Shown one piece after another: positions 53,099 to 64,000 of a stretch of 64,000 nucleotides of DNA. Below the pieces are notes generated by a model. That model saw only the letters and a list, made by a program, of their open reading frames with translations. It was not told the origin of the DNA and made no database searches. Positions within the stretch are counted from its first letter, which is position 1. Each line of letters begins with the position of its first letter. Origin of the DNA: Microbotryum violaceum (taxonomy: Eukaryota); the NCBI GenBank assembly GCA_001244265.2, contig CDLV01000014.1, positions 558,001 to 622,000 of the forward strand, given 5' to 3'. A program made the translations under genes and the position numbers.

Positions 53099-53591
53099 TA
53101 TGTGTCTGTGCCTGTGGTATCTGCGCGGATGCGCGTGCGTTTAGTCATTAGTCACTTTGGTATTGTAGTTTGATCTGTTTAAGTTAGGGAGCGCGCGGGC
53201 TTTCTTCCAGCGCGGCTGTTTACTCTTGATAGCTTTCTCATCACTCGCTCTACATTGTGGTCCTGACTTCTCGGCGTCGTGCACCCTCACCTATTGGAAG
53301 GCTTTACTTTGGTTGTTTGGCCTTCGTCTTGACAGTTTCGGCGACGAGAGAGCCGTCAAGCCAAACCTGTTGAGTATCTCCCCCATGGCCATTCTACATT
53401 GTGGTCCTGACTTCTCGGCGTCGTGCACCCTCACCTATCGGAAGGCTTTACTTCCGCGCTCGCATCTTTTCTGCGTCACTTGGCGAGCATAAAAGCACCT
53501 CAGTCTTGTTCACCTCCCCTTGACTCGTCACTTTCTTTCCACCACGAAATCCTCCTACCGAAGACTTCCCGACGAGCTCGAGTTGGACGAG

Positions 53592-55755
53592 ATGACGACA
53601 CTGACTCATCAAGGGCTCAAGAGAGACGACTTGGGGGTACTCCGTTCCGATCATCGGCCCAAAGGCGCCACAGGCTCCGACGCCTCGGACAGGCTGCCGC
53701 CGACAGCCTACAAAGAGGATTTGTACGGTGGTGAATTGAGGCGAGTATAACTAATTTTTCTCTTTTCGATTCCGTTTTCGGTCGCATGTGTACTCATAAT
53801 CATTACCCGCCCCGCCATGGACTTCGAGCAGCCTCTACGAGCGAAAATCGTTGCTCATCAATCGCGAACTTAATGCGATGGGCCTGGGGAGGTACCAAAA
53901 GTGCATCTGGTTGTTGTGTGGAGGGGGATACATGTTGGATATACTCTGGGCTCAAGCATTCGGTCTCATCGCCACGCCGTTGTATCAAGAGCTGAATGTC
54001 ACCGGTGGAGCGCAGACGAGTCAGTATATCTTTTCACGCTGATTCCTCGAGGTAGGATTGTCGAGCCTGTTTTTAGCGATCTATGCTACGAGCCTGGCTT
54101 TAATCTTTTCCTTCGAGGAGAGCTTTTGTTTCTGTTGACGGACCGTTCACTCATCTCCTATCGGGGATGGCAACTGATACAACTGTCCTGGATGGTCTTT
54201 GCGCAGACATCTTCACTGCCTTCTCCGCCGGGCTGACGGTTGGCGCCTTCACCTTTGGTTTAGGAGTTGACGTGATTGGACGCAAGTGGTGCTTCAACCT
54301 CACCTGTCTGGTCACCAGTATCTTTGGACTTCTGGTCGCGGCACCGAGCAATTACAACGCCATCTGCGCTCTGACCGCGCTTTGTGGGTTCGGATTGGGA
54401 GGGTGAGTTCGGAATCGTCACCCCTCTTCAACGGTGGGTCGCCCCAGAACGAAATTTGGAAGCCGACCTGCGCTCTCATTGCTCTCTGTCGTCTAGGAAT
54501 ATCCCTATCGATGCGACAATCGTTCTTGAGTTCCTGCCACAGAACCGTCGGTGGCTCTTGCCTCTACTTTCCATGTGGCAGCCCATTGGTGTGGTGCTGA
54601 ACTGCGCGATCGCATTCGGTTTGGTACCAAGGTACCGTTGCAACACGGATCTACTCGCATGCGGACTCGTACAGTCCGGTGCGGCTTGCTGCACGAGATC
54701 GAGCAACATTGGATGGCGCTTGCTCATGATCGTCTGTGGTGCGATCACGTTGAGCGTCTTTGTGCTCCGATTCTTCGTGTTCGACTTTCTCGAGTCGCCA
54801 AAATATCTGCTGGCGCGAGGACGGGACGCCGAGGCGATCGAGGTTGTGCATAAGATCGCGACGTTCAACCGTACCCCCGCTCCTCAATTGTCCATAGCCG
54901 AGTTTGAGGCCATCGATCATCAGTTCCCGCAACAAGAGCTGGACACAAGCAAGAAATCCCTGATCAAGCAGGCGTTTGACCGATTCAAGCATTTGCGCGG
55001 TCTCTTCCGCACCAAGCGACTCGGGCTCACGACCGTTCTCATGTGGATCGTGTATATGGGTGACTTCTGGTCCTTCAACTTGGCCGGATCGTTCTTGCCC
55101 ATCATATTGGCTCGCCGAGGGCAGACTGCGGGTCAATCAGTAACCGAAACATACCGGCAATAGTGAGCCCGCAATCTCTTTTGGCCCAATTATCGGCTCT
55201 CTGTGGTACGTTCTGAGACTTCGTTATGTTGACAGAATATACGTTTACTTGCCCGGCACCTTGGGCACCATCCTCGCTGCGGCGTGTGTTGAGCTGCCCG
55301 GTGTCGGCCGCAAATGGTCGCTTGTCTTTGGTGCGATCGTGCAAGGAGTGTCCATGGGGATGTACACGCAGGTGGACACGATCAAGGCCAGTGTGGGTCT
55401 CAACGCACTCGAGTACATAATGCAGTCTTTCTTCAATGCGGTACTGTATGGGTTCACGCCCGAAGTTTTCCCAGCTCCTATTCGAGGAGTGAGTTCTCCA
55501 ATCCTGTTGCAGCCATTCTCCGGTCATTGATGCTTTCCCTCTGACAAAGTGTAATTGCACCCGTATCTTCAGTCCGCCGCAGGATTGTGCAGTACTTTTG
55601 GTCGCTTGGCTGGCATCGTGGCCCCGATCGCGGCTCGGCCATACATTGATGGCAATTCGAACGGCGTGCTATGGCTCGCAGTAGGCGGAATCTTTGTCAG
55701 CGCCTTCTTCCTCATCTTTCTGCCGATCGAGACGAGGGGTCGGGCCAGCTATTAG
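53592..55755 (+). CDS. MFS transporter (SV2/SVOP-like, sugar-porter-related), multi-exon
   Basis: MGLGRYQKCIWLLCGGGYMLD, GVDVIGRKWCFNLT, GFGLGG|NIPID, FLESPKYLL, LYGFTPEVFPAPIRG, LPIETRG. Confidence 0.9.
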
Positions 55756-56112
55756 AAGCTTGGTGCAGTACACGTTTGTGAATACCAGGAACGTTGGCAT
55801 ACCAACAAGGCTAGTCTACCTTACAGGAACAGGTTGGTGAAAAGATCACGTGCCGGAAACACCTTGGAGGCTCTGCTCCGAGATGAGAAGATGTGGCAGA
55901 TCGTGGATCTGCAGTGGTCGCTCCGGATTGCGCAATCTTGGATAAGCGTTAATATGAAAAGGTCTTGGACGCCCGTACACCGATACGGCAAGTCCTTCGG
56001 ATTCCCACCGATAATACAGTGGGTAACCGTAGTCTACATCTACACATCTACATAAAAGAATGCACGAGGCACGAGCAAATAAGGTTCTCAGCCGCCCGCG
56101 CGCGCCGATCTT

Positions 56113-56135
56113 CCCCCCCCCCCCCCCCCCCCCCC
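56113..56135. repeat. Poly-C tract (~23 nt)
   Basis: Direct reading. Confidence 0.9.
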
Positions 56136-58615
56136 GGTCCGGGAGGTGCGGGCGGAGCTTGCAACGACCTCCATTGTACGCAGGGAGGTGGGCGCTCCGC
56201 GGCCCCCAAGCCCTAGTATACACCTACCTTGACTGGGTAAGTCTATAGACGCCTGGCTAGGCAGGTGTGAACGCTCCTCCTGTTTGAGAGAAACAAAGAT
56301 CTACAATGGCGATCTGTCGCCGAGTTTGGCTACCTCGATCGGGATCACGTCAAGACTCGTTAAGGGCTTGCAAGCGCTCGACCCCGTCACCCGTGCCCCC
56401 CGAAGGGGAATTGGACGCCTATTAGCCCCGGCTCCGCGATACGAAAACTGCATGCCTCCGGATTCCGGTGCATGCGCTCGGAGTTCCCAACTTCTAGCGT
56501 GCGCTCGGTTCCGGGTGAGTCCTCATCGGGAGCGAGAGTCCCTGGACACGTTAACTTTAAACTCAAAGCATCGCTTCTACCCTATTAATCCGCTCGCCGT
56601 CGAACCTAGTTAAAACTAATTCCAACTTACTACAACGATGACACGGGAAAGAACCCGAGCGTTGGCTGTGACTGGCGGCAGATCTGCGCTCCTGACGACA
56701 GGCCAAAGTCCTCGTGTCTGACTCCTTTGCTACCTAGCCTTTGTCTAGTGCTGTCTGAAGGAAAGGGCTTTGGAGGTCATGTATTCACCGTGATTGGATC
56801 CAAATTGCAATTGCTTGCGCTGGCAAGGTCGACTTTTCAATTGCAGAAACTCTTCCCGTGATTTTTAACAGCCTCGGCCGACCCTAGAACAAAACCGTGA
56901 CATGTCAGTTCATGACTCTCTTTCAGATTTCGAGTAAGGTTTAACTCGGACATCAAATAATGCAAGCACAGACCGGATCTCGATAGTACCCACTAGTGTA
57001 GGTACATATTTTTAAGCTTTCGGTAATATTTCAGGAGGTCCACAGCCTGCTCCAGCTCAAGCTGTCTCATAGGTACCTCACCGGTGCACAAGAAAGTGCT
57101 TACGTACCAGTACCACGCTATTTTGATGATCCATGGAGCATCCAGCACATGCGAAATAACGTTTCCCCGATGGCCTATCGACCGGTGAGACGGGCGCTAG
57201 TTCCTAATGAAACCACGAATCGAGGATATGGCCGAATTGGCACGACACAACTTTTCAACGACCGGCTTTTTTGTTGGGTCTTGTGCATCTCCTATCTGTT
57301 CACTGAGCAGCAGTGAATATTCCTATTGTATTCCAAGCCCCCATGGATACGTAAGCTACCTTCTGGTTAGAGAAGCCGCTGTCCCGTCGCCTGCAGCTGG
57401 CTCCTTCACTTGCTGCAGGGCCGCACAGGTATCCGAGTCGCCAGATGCTTCGCGCCTGCTCCGAGATGCCGAATCCGCTAATGCCATTAAGTTCTGCCAA
57501 ATGCCAACAGCAAATTCGCCGAGTCCTTGATTCAATCTCGCCGTCATCCAGGCAGGTACCCGTATCGTAGACGTACTACGTACGGTACCTACTCCTTCAC
57601 GGTCCTTGTAGCTTGTCTCCAGCTTCTTGTGGAAGTAGTGTTCGGCTCCACAAGTCTGCAACGGAAGTTGAAGCTGAGCGCGGAAGTTTCAGTTCGTCTC
57701 AAGATCGTCGGAGGTCGAAATTAACCAAAAAAAAACCAAAAGGGCGAGAAGAGATATAGCATGCCTGGGAGTCGCACGTGTAGGTACTACCTAGGTAGGC
57801 ACACACAACTGACTACTTCGGTTGGACGTGTGCTTCCACCTAATAGTTTAAACTTACGTCGAAGAGGGCCCGGGCGCCCGGGCACCTCCCACCTACCCAG
57901 GAGAGAACCGGGCGCAGAACTCAAAAATGAATCCAATGCAAGTTCCAATTTCAAGCTGACATACCTACTTACATTTTTATTTTATTTTCTGCAAAGAGTT
58001 TAGATCTCCTTTACCGCAGAACTGGTTCAACGCCGAAAACCCGTCTCTGGATCCTGGACCGTCCGGCGGCGCGTCGCTAAATCCGACGCGTGGCATATTC
58101 GCGCGAGGCGCCTCGTCACTCTCGCGAGGATAAGGAACAGAGTCTCACTCGGGAGACCTGTTGCTGCGAGCGAGATGCAAGATGTGAGGACTTGTGAGAC
58201 AGGAGCGAACATCCAAACAGAGCAAGAAGTTTTCGGCCAAGCAAGTTGAAATGGGAAAGGTCGGCGATCATCACAACGTGGCAGGCGGATGCCCGTTTCA
58301 TGATGCCAATGATGCACGGGGACCACGAGGACGATGGGGAACGCCAGGCACCCCGTGACCCCCGCGGCCGCCGCGCCGTCAGACGCTCATCCGGAAGAGT
58401 CGCCTTTGAGTTTGCCTATCTTACCCACTCCGCCGCACCTAGTTCGACCTTCCCCTCCTAGTGAGGCATCTCGAAACGATCCTTCGCCTGCCTTGCCCTC
58501 TCCCCTCCGCTCCTCTTCTTGGACCTTTCTGTCTTTTACGAAGCACCGTACGCCACGCACGACCCCTTCTAGGTACCCCCCGTCACTCACGCCACACGCC
58601 ATCCGAACGCACGAC

Positions 58616-59298
58616 ATGAAGTTCTCCCTCGCTTTGATCGCGGGCCTTGTTGCCGTGTCCGTCGCCACCCCCGTTCCCGTTGCCGAGGAGCAGGTTAGTC
58701 GTTGGATCGGGGACCAACGGTCAACTGTACGTAGTGGAAGTTGTGATGCTGATGAAGGGCCTTTGTGCGATGCTTTTGATTCCTTGTCGCGTCTTGTCAC
58801 GTAAAGGCACTCGAGCCTCGATGGTGAGTTTCCCTCCTTGCACGCGAACTTCCGTCGCCCCTCCTTGCATCTCTCTCGCCTCTTGTTGACCCCACGTTCA
58901 CTCGCTTCCATCTTCGATCTATCTGCGGTGCTTTCTTCAGGGGACGCGTCGTCTACGGTTCCGCAGCCGCTCCCACGGCTAAGCGAGACCAAATCGAACC
59001 CCGATGGTCAGTTCACGCTCTCTCCGACATTCGAGGATTAACAGACCCTCATCACCTTAGATCACTCCGCCTGACCTAACTATAATGTCTTTTCCTACCA
59101 GGGGTCGTGTCGTCTACGGCTCTGCTCCTGCTCCCACGGCCAAGCGAGACCAAATTGAGCCTCGCTGGTGAGTTTGCGCACTCATATTTTTCGCCTTAGA
59201 CCCCGGGTCTCATAGAGGACCTCTTCTGACCGTTCATGGTCCATCCATTCTCTAGGGGCCGCGTTGTCTATGGCGCCGCTCCTACTCCTACGGCCTGA
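58616..59298 (+). CDS. Secreted Kex2-processed repeat peptide precursor (KEP), 89 aa, 5 exons
   Basis: Exons 58616-58693, 58807-58823, 58941-59006, 59102-59167, 59256-59298 (270 nt, all GT-AG) give MKFSLALIAGLVAVSVATPVPVAEEQALEPR-WGRVVYGSAAAPTA-KR-DQIEPR-WGRVVYGSAPAPTA-KR-DQIEPR-WGRVVYGAAPTPTA*. Confidence 0.9.
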
Positions 59299-60916
59299 TT
59301 GAGCACGGCCGACTAGCTCGGAGGCGCCTGGCTTGGAGAATATCAGCGTTCGCCCAGCTTGCCGCGTACCTGCAAGCTTTCATCACGAGTCACAGTTTCT
59401 TCTATTTCGGATCACGACAACTTTCCCTCTTTAACGTATACTTCACGAGTGAGGGCCATCAGGCAATCGCTGGCCTAAAACGCTGCTGCACATTCCCTTC
59501 TTTAATTCTGCTGTCTCTTTCGGGGAAGATGGGTCCTCTATTAGTTCAGTGGCTGTTGTCATTTATGTCACTTCTCACTACTTTCGCTGGCGACCATGTG
59601 GGATCCAGGTCTGTCAACAGAAGTGAGGCCCGTCGTTATTGTTGAGTTGACACTCGAGGAGTACACTCTGCAGGCTCTGCAGGCTACACGAGTGCAAGCG
59701 GGCTTTCTCTTTAAGCTTCCTTCTGATTCGAGCGTTCTAACGTATTGAACCACGTCCAGATTCTATAGTTTGTCGATCGCCGCTCGACATGCCTGCAATC
59801 CGACAGCCACAGCTGACCGTCAAAAGCCACCCAAATCTGGTCAGGTGCCTTCAAGTTCCTACAGCCCACCAAGTACTCAAGCAGGGCATGTGATCAACGA
59901 TTCGGACTCGAAAAACATGTGAAGGTAGCTGAGTTGTCCTTGTATTCCCATACAACTGATTACAGTCCCACTATTTGCTTAGAATCCTACAGTTGCTGTC
60001 AGAACAATGCCCCACCGCATCAAAACCCTACGGGCCGACCCAGGTTTAAGGCATCAGCAGCATAACGAGCCTACTAGTCAGTCGCATAATGAAGTGATCG
60101 GCGCGATCGGCGGATTGGCCCACAGCCAGCCAGGGGCTGGGGGGCAGCCAGGTCAGCGATGAGCTCTGCGGAGGCTAAGATTTGGCCTGGCCGGTGGCTT
60201 GGCGAGATTGAGCTATGGGTACGTTGGGCAGGAGTTATGTAGGCTGCAACATACCTAGTAAGGGGCGCCGGCGTAACCCGGTGACCGTGGTGCCCGACGC
60301 CCGTGCGGACCATAGCGGGCGCTGGCGGGCAGACTGGGAATCTTGTTCCACGCGCCACGCGACCGCCTTCTGGAATACTCCCCAGTGTTCCACTTGACCT
60401 TATAGAACATTCCCTCATCTTGGGCTCCCTCGCATCGGACCCATTCCCCGGCCGTGAGGTGACGTCCTTCTACCTACACCGTCTTGGGATCTGTTCGAGT
60501 CCATCTACCACCTCCAATCGATCGGCATACACTCAGGGCTTACGACACCCGTCGGACTCCGTTTGGTTGGACGTCGCTCCCGCCACCTCTCGCCTGTTCG
60601 GCAGTCACCACGGCAATCTTCACGGCCTACCCAGGGCAGCGACTGCTAAGGGATATCGAGGCTGAGCTTCAGTATCTTCGGCAGCCCAGCTCGAAGCGAT
60701 CAACATGCAAGTTCAAATGGCCTGCTGGTCGTATATAGCCGCCGAATGCGATGGCCAAACAAAAGGCTCACCCCCACTGTTCGGTCATGTTGATCGTGCT
60801 TCGCGGAGGCCTCGCGGGACAACCTGCAATGACCGGTACGATCGTCCCGCATCCAACAACACGAAGCTAACACGCAATTAATTGGTCTTTGCAGATCTAA
60901 GCCTTCGCTTGAGGAC

Positions 60917-63900
60917 ATGTCTGGTCATGGCGAACCCCGACCTGCGACGGCTGCACAGCGCGGGTCCAGTGGCCCCGACTCGATGGACCATCATCGTTCG
61001 AAGGTCGAGGTCAACATGACGGCGCAAATGACCGGTGACGATGGAGACCCCAATGCAGGCATGTTTTCGTTCATGCCGCCAGTCCACGAAGCTACAGAAC
61101 CGATTGTCTCTGGGCAAACTGCGGCGTCTCTGCTTCCCCTCGACCAGGCGCGTGTCGCAACTGCCCACGAGTCAATGTCTGCGGTAGACGTGCAATCACT
61201 ATCCGCCTTGTCAGATCCCGACTCGACAATATCACCGGCTGCTGCGTATGCCCTTGCCGCCCAGCATGGCGCCCTCGACGGGAATCTACGGCCCGCAACC
61301 AGCTATCGCCAAGGGTGGACCAAGCCCGAGATGCCGGATGGTCGTTTTGCAGAAGGAGAGTACGATAAATTCCGAGAAATCCAATTTGGAGAGTCACGCC
61401 GGACGAGCGAAGGCACCCACGAACTCGGCAAGCCTTTCCAATTCGTCACCGAGCGACAAATGCCCCCCGGCACGGCGCAATTTGCATCTCCGTTCGCATA
61501 TCGACTCTCAGCAACAGCTGTCCAGCTGACTGATTTCGGCGGCGACGGAGGTCCAGGACATGCAAGTGATGACGATAAGAGTCCCATCGGAGATTTAGAG
61601 TTCCCGGTCCGTCGTCACTTGGAGGAGGAGGAGGAGTACGAGGACGATGATGAAGATGAGGATTCGCCATATCCGGAGGTCCGAGCCAGCGTCTCAAACT
61701 ACGACGACCCCACCACGCCCTGCGTCACGTTCCGAATTATTCTTCTCGGCTTCCTCGTCACCATCCTTGTCAGTGCGGCGAATGCGTACCTCTACTTCCG
61801 CTATCCCGCCCCCTTGATCACTCCTATCGTCGTCCAGCTCATCACGTACCCCGCGGGGAAGTTTCTGGCTTGGACGTTGCCGACGCGCGAGTTCAAGTTG
61901 CCCAAGATCTGCTCCAGAATGGGATTGGGCGACGAATTCAGTCTCAATCCGGGTTGGTTCAATATCAAGGAGCACACCGTCCTTGTCATCATCGCAAACG
62001 TCGCAACTGGGCCAGCCTACGGCCTCAACTTCATGATCACAGCAGAGAAGTTCTATGACATCTCGTACAGCTTCGGCTTCGACATTTTGTTCATCCTTAC
62101 GACCCAGATGGCGGGCTTCGGTGTCGCGGGCTTGTGTCGTCGTTTCCTTGTATGGCCGGCGGCGATGATCTGGCCGCAAAATCTCGTCTACTGCACCTTG
62201 CTCAACACTTTGCACGCCGAAGACGAGAATGAACCCGGAGGAAGGGTCTCGCGATTTCGCTTCCTGACCTACGTGCTACTCACTGCTTTCTGCTATTATT
62301 TCCTCCCTGGTGCGTATTCTTCCTCAATTCTGCTCAATTCTGCTCAATTCTGCTCAATTCTGCGCCGTGCTCATAGCCACCTTATAATTCTGGGCAAAGG
62401 GTTTCTCTTCCAAGCACTCTCGGCATTCTCCTTCGTTTGTTGGGCTGCCCCCAGTGAGTGACGCCTACACTCGAATATGGCCAGGGGACTCTATGCCTTT
62501 GCTAACTCCGCCGTTCATAGACCACCTGATTGTAAACCAGCTGTTTGGCGTCAATTCAGGACTCGGTGAGCTGCCGGATACCACGCTGTATTATGAACGA
62601 CGCAATGGTTTCGGTGCTGAGCTTGTATAATCTGCTCGCAGGCATGTCCGGGCTTACCCTTGACTGGGCACAGGTCTCGTACATCGGTTCACCGCTTGTC
62701 ATTCCTTGGTGGGCAATTGTCAACATCTTCACGGCCTTCGTAGTCGCTTTTTGGGTCCTAGCGCCAATTTTATACTACAACAATGTGCGTGAACGGTCGT
62801 GCAATCGTACCTACCAAGGAGTTATCACTTACGTTCAATCCTCTTTGCAGGTATGGGACAGCGCCTACTTGCCCATCTCGACCTCCTCCGTCTTTGACCG
62901 ATTTGGGGCACCTTACAATACTTCCATTGTCATCAACAAGGCCACTCTCTCACTAGACTTCGAGGCCTACCAAGCTTACTCGCCCGTGTATCTTCCCATT
63001 ACCTATGCCATCTTCTACGGGGTCGGTTTGATGACAGCCTCAGCGCTCATCGTTCACACTGCCTTCCACCATGGACCCGACATTGTTCGTCGGATCAAGG
63101 CGTCCACCATACAAGATGACGACATTCATATGAAGCTCATGCGCGTCTACAAGGAGGTTCCCGAGTGGTGGTACCTTATCGTAGCCGGTGTGGCCCTAGG
63201 GCTGTCCATTTGTGCAGTAGCCGTAAGTCTGAAGTACGACTGAGTAGTGTCGGTCGCAAGGAGTTGGCTACTCACATCGATGTGGCTTGCGCAGGCATTT
63301 GATACAAGGATGCCCGTGTGGGGAGTGGTACTTTCTCTTGCGCTTTCGACGCTCTACACTATTCCTGGAGGATTTGTCTATGCGCTGGCCAACGTTGTGG
63401 TAAGCTGGATGCACAAGCCTGCCGGTGCGGTGCTCGCGCTGATGGACGCCTGTCTTCTTTCAGATTTCAATCAATTTGGTCACACAAATTGTCGGGGGTT
63501 ATTTATTTCCTGGGCAGCCTTTGGCCAACATGGTTAGTTCTTAGCACTTGCTCAGTTCCATCAAGTATTGACCTTCCGCCCACCAGATTTTCAAAACATA
63601 CGCTGCGCAATCGCTCAATGTGACGCTCGCTTTTGTTTCGGATCTCAAGCTGGGTCATTATCAGAAAAGTAGGTCCACGGTCACGCTTTTGGCAGATGTG
63701 GACGTTCCTGATCTTCAAGTTTTTTTTGTCCCGCAGTTCCGCCTCGCATAACGTTTTACGGTGAGTGGTTATTCGAATGCAATTTTCTGCCACGATGCTG
63801 ACAGTGGTTTTTATTCGGCCCGCACGTAGCGCAACTTTCATCGACATTGCTGGCCTGTTTCGTCCAGGTTGGAGTGAAGCGACTGCTTGTCTCAAACGTT

Positions 63901-64000
63901 CCAGACTTTTGCTCGCCAACCCAGGCGTCGCATTTGATCTGCCCTGGAGCACGAGTGTTTTACTCGTCGTCCATTGTATGGTAAGGGTAACCATACCAGG
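60917..64000 (+). CDS. OPT-family oligopeptide transporter; runs off window end, may have an upstream exon
   Basis: EDSPYPEVRASV, LNPGWFNIKEH, AAMIWPQNL, SPLVIPWW, DDIHMKLMRVYKEVPEWWY, DLKLGHY; branch point/acceptor (gctaac..ttgcag) just 5' of 60917. Confidence 0.95.
62322..62362. repeat. 10-bp tandem repeat (CTCAATTCTG)x4 inside an OPT intron
   Basis: Direct reading; lies in the in-frame intron beginning gtgcgt at ~62310. Confidence 0.85.

Larger units (their letters stand above)
48306..53478 (+). mobile_element. Full-length Ty1/copia LTR retrotransposon
   Basis: TG..CA LTRs (48306-48552; 53089-53478, rearranged), TSD CTTGG (48301-48305, 53479-53483), PBS GGTTATGAGTCC at 48553, PPT GGGGGAG before 53089; domain order gag-PR-IN-RT-RH. 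Confidence 0.97.

Noticed and set aside
58616-59298. Repeat precursor as a basidiomycete lipopeptide mating pheromone
   Set aside because: No Cys or CaaX in any repeat, and it has a classical signal peptide; no STE3-type receptor seen in the window
55760-60900. Dikaritin (ustiloxin-type) RiPP cluster around the precursor
   Set aside because: No DUF3328/UstYa HxxHC protein, tyrosinase or other tailoring enzyme recognisable in the flanks; cannot exclude genes beyond 64000

Overview
Intron-rich, GC-rich fungal (basidiomycete-like) genomic DNA; the exact taxon cannot be fixed from sequence alone. About 19 spliced protein genes are recognisable: Na+/H+ antiporter (3'-truncated), CWC18/CCDC12, a CalB-like secreted lipase, ERG2, an orphan secreted protein, GTR1, FAN1, mitochondrial RRF, Rax1-like RGS protein, PRP8 (no intein), a C2H2 and a bHLH transcription factor, calcipressin, 3-hydroxyacyl-CoA dehydrogenase, ADK2/AK3-like kinase, a JMJD4-like dioxygenase, an MFS transporter, a secreted repeat-peptide precursor and an OPT oligopeptide transporter (3'-truncated). 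Mobile DNA: two decayed Helitron remnants in inverted orientation (one with a ~350-bp inverted-repeat-bounded insertion) and a young full-length Ty1/copia element with 5-bp TSD whose 3' LTR holds an inverted piece of its own pol gene. The main finding, missed by the ORF track, is a 5-exon gene (58616-59298). It encodes an 89-aa secreted precursor with three Kex2-type-flanked copies of a 14-mer WGRVVYG(S/A)AxxPTA, one repeat per exon, directly upstream of the OPT gene. This is a candidate peptide-signalling (Qsp1/Opt1-like) or KEP/RiPP module. Exon boundaries were read by eye and are approximate unless stated.
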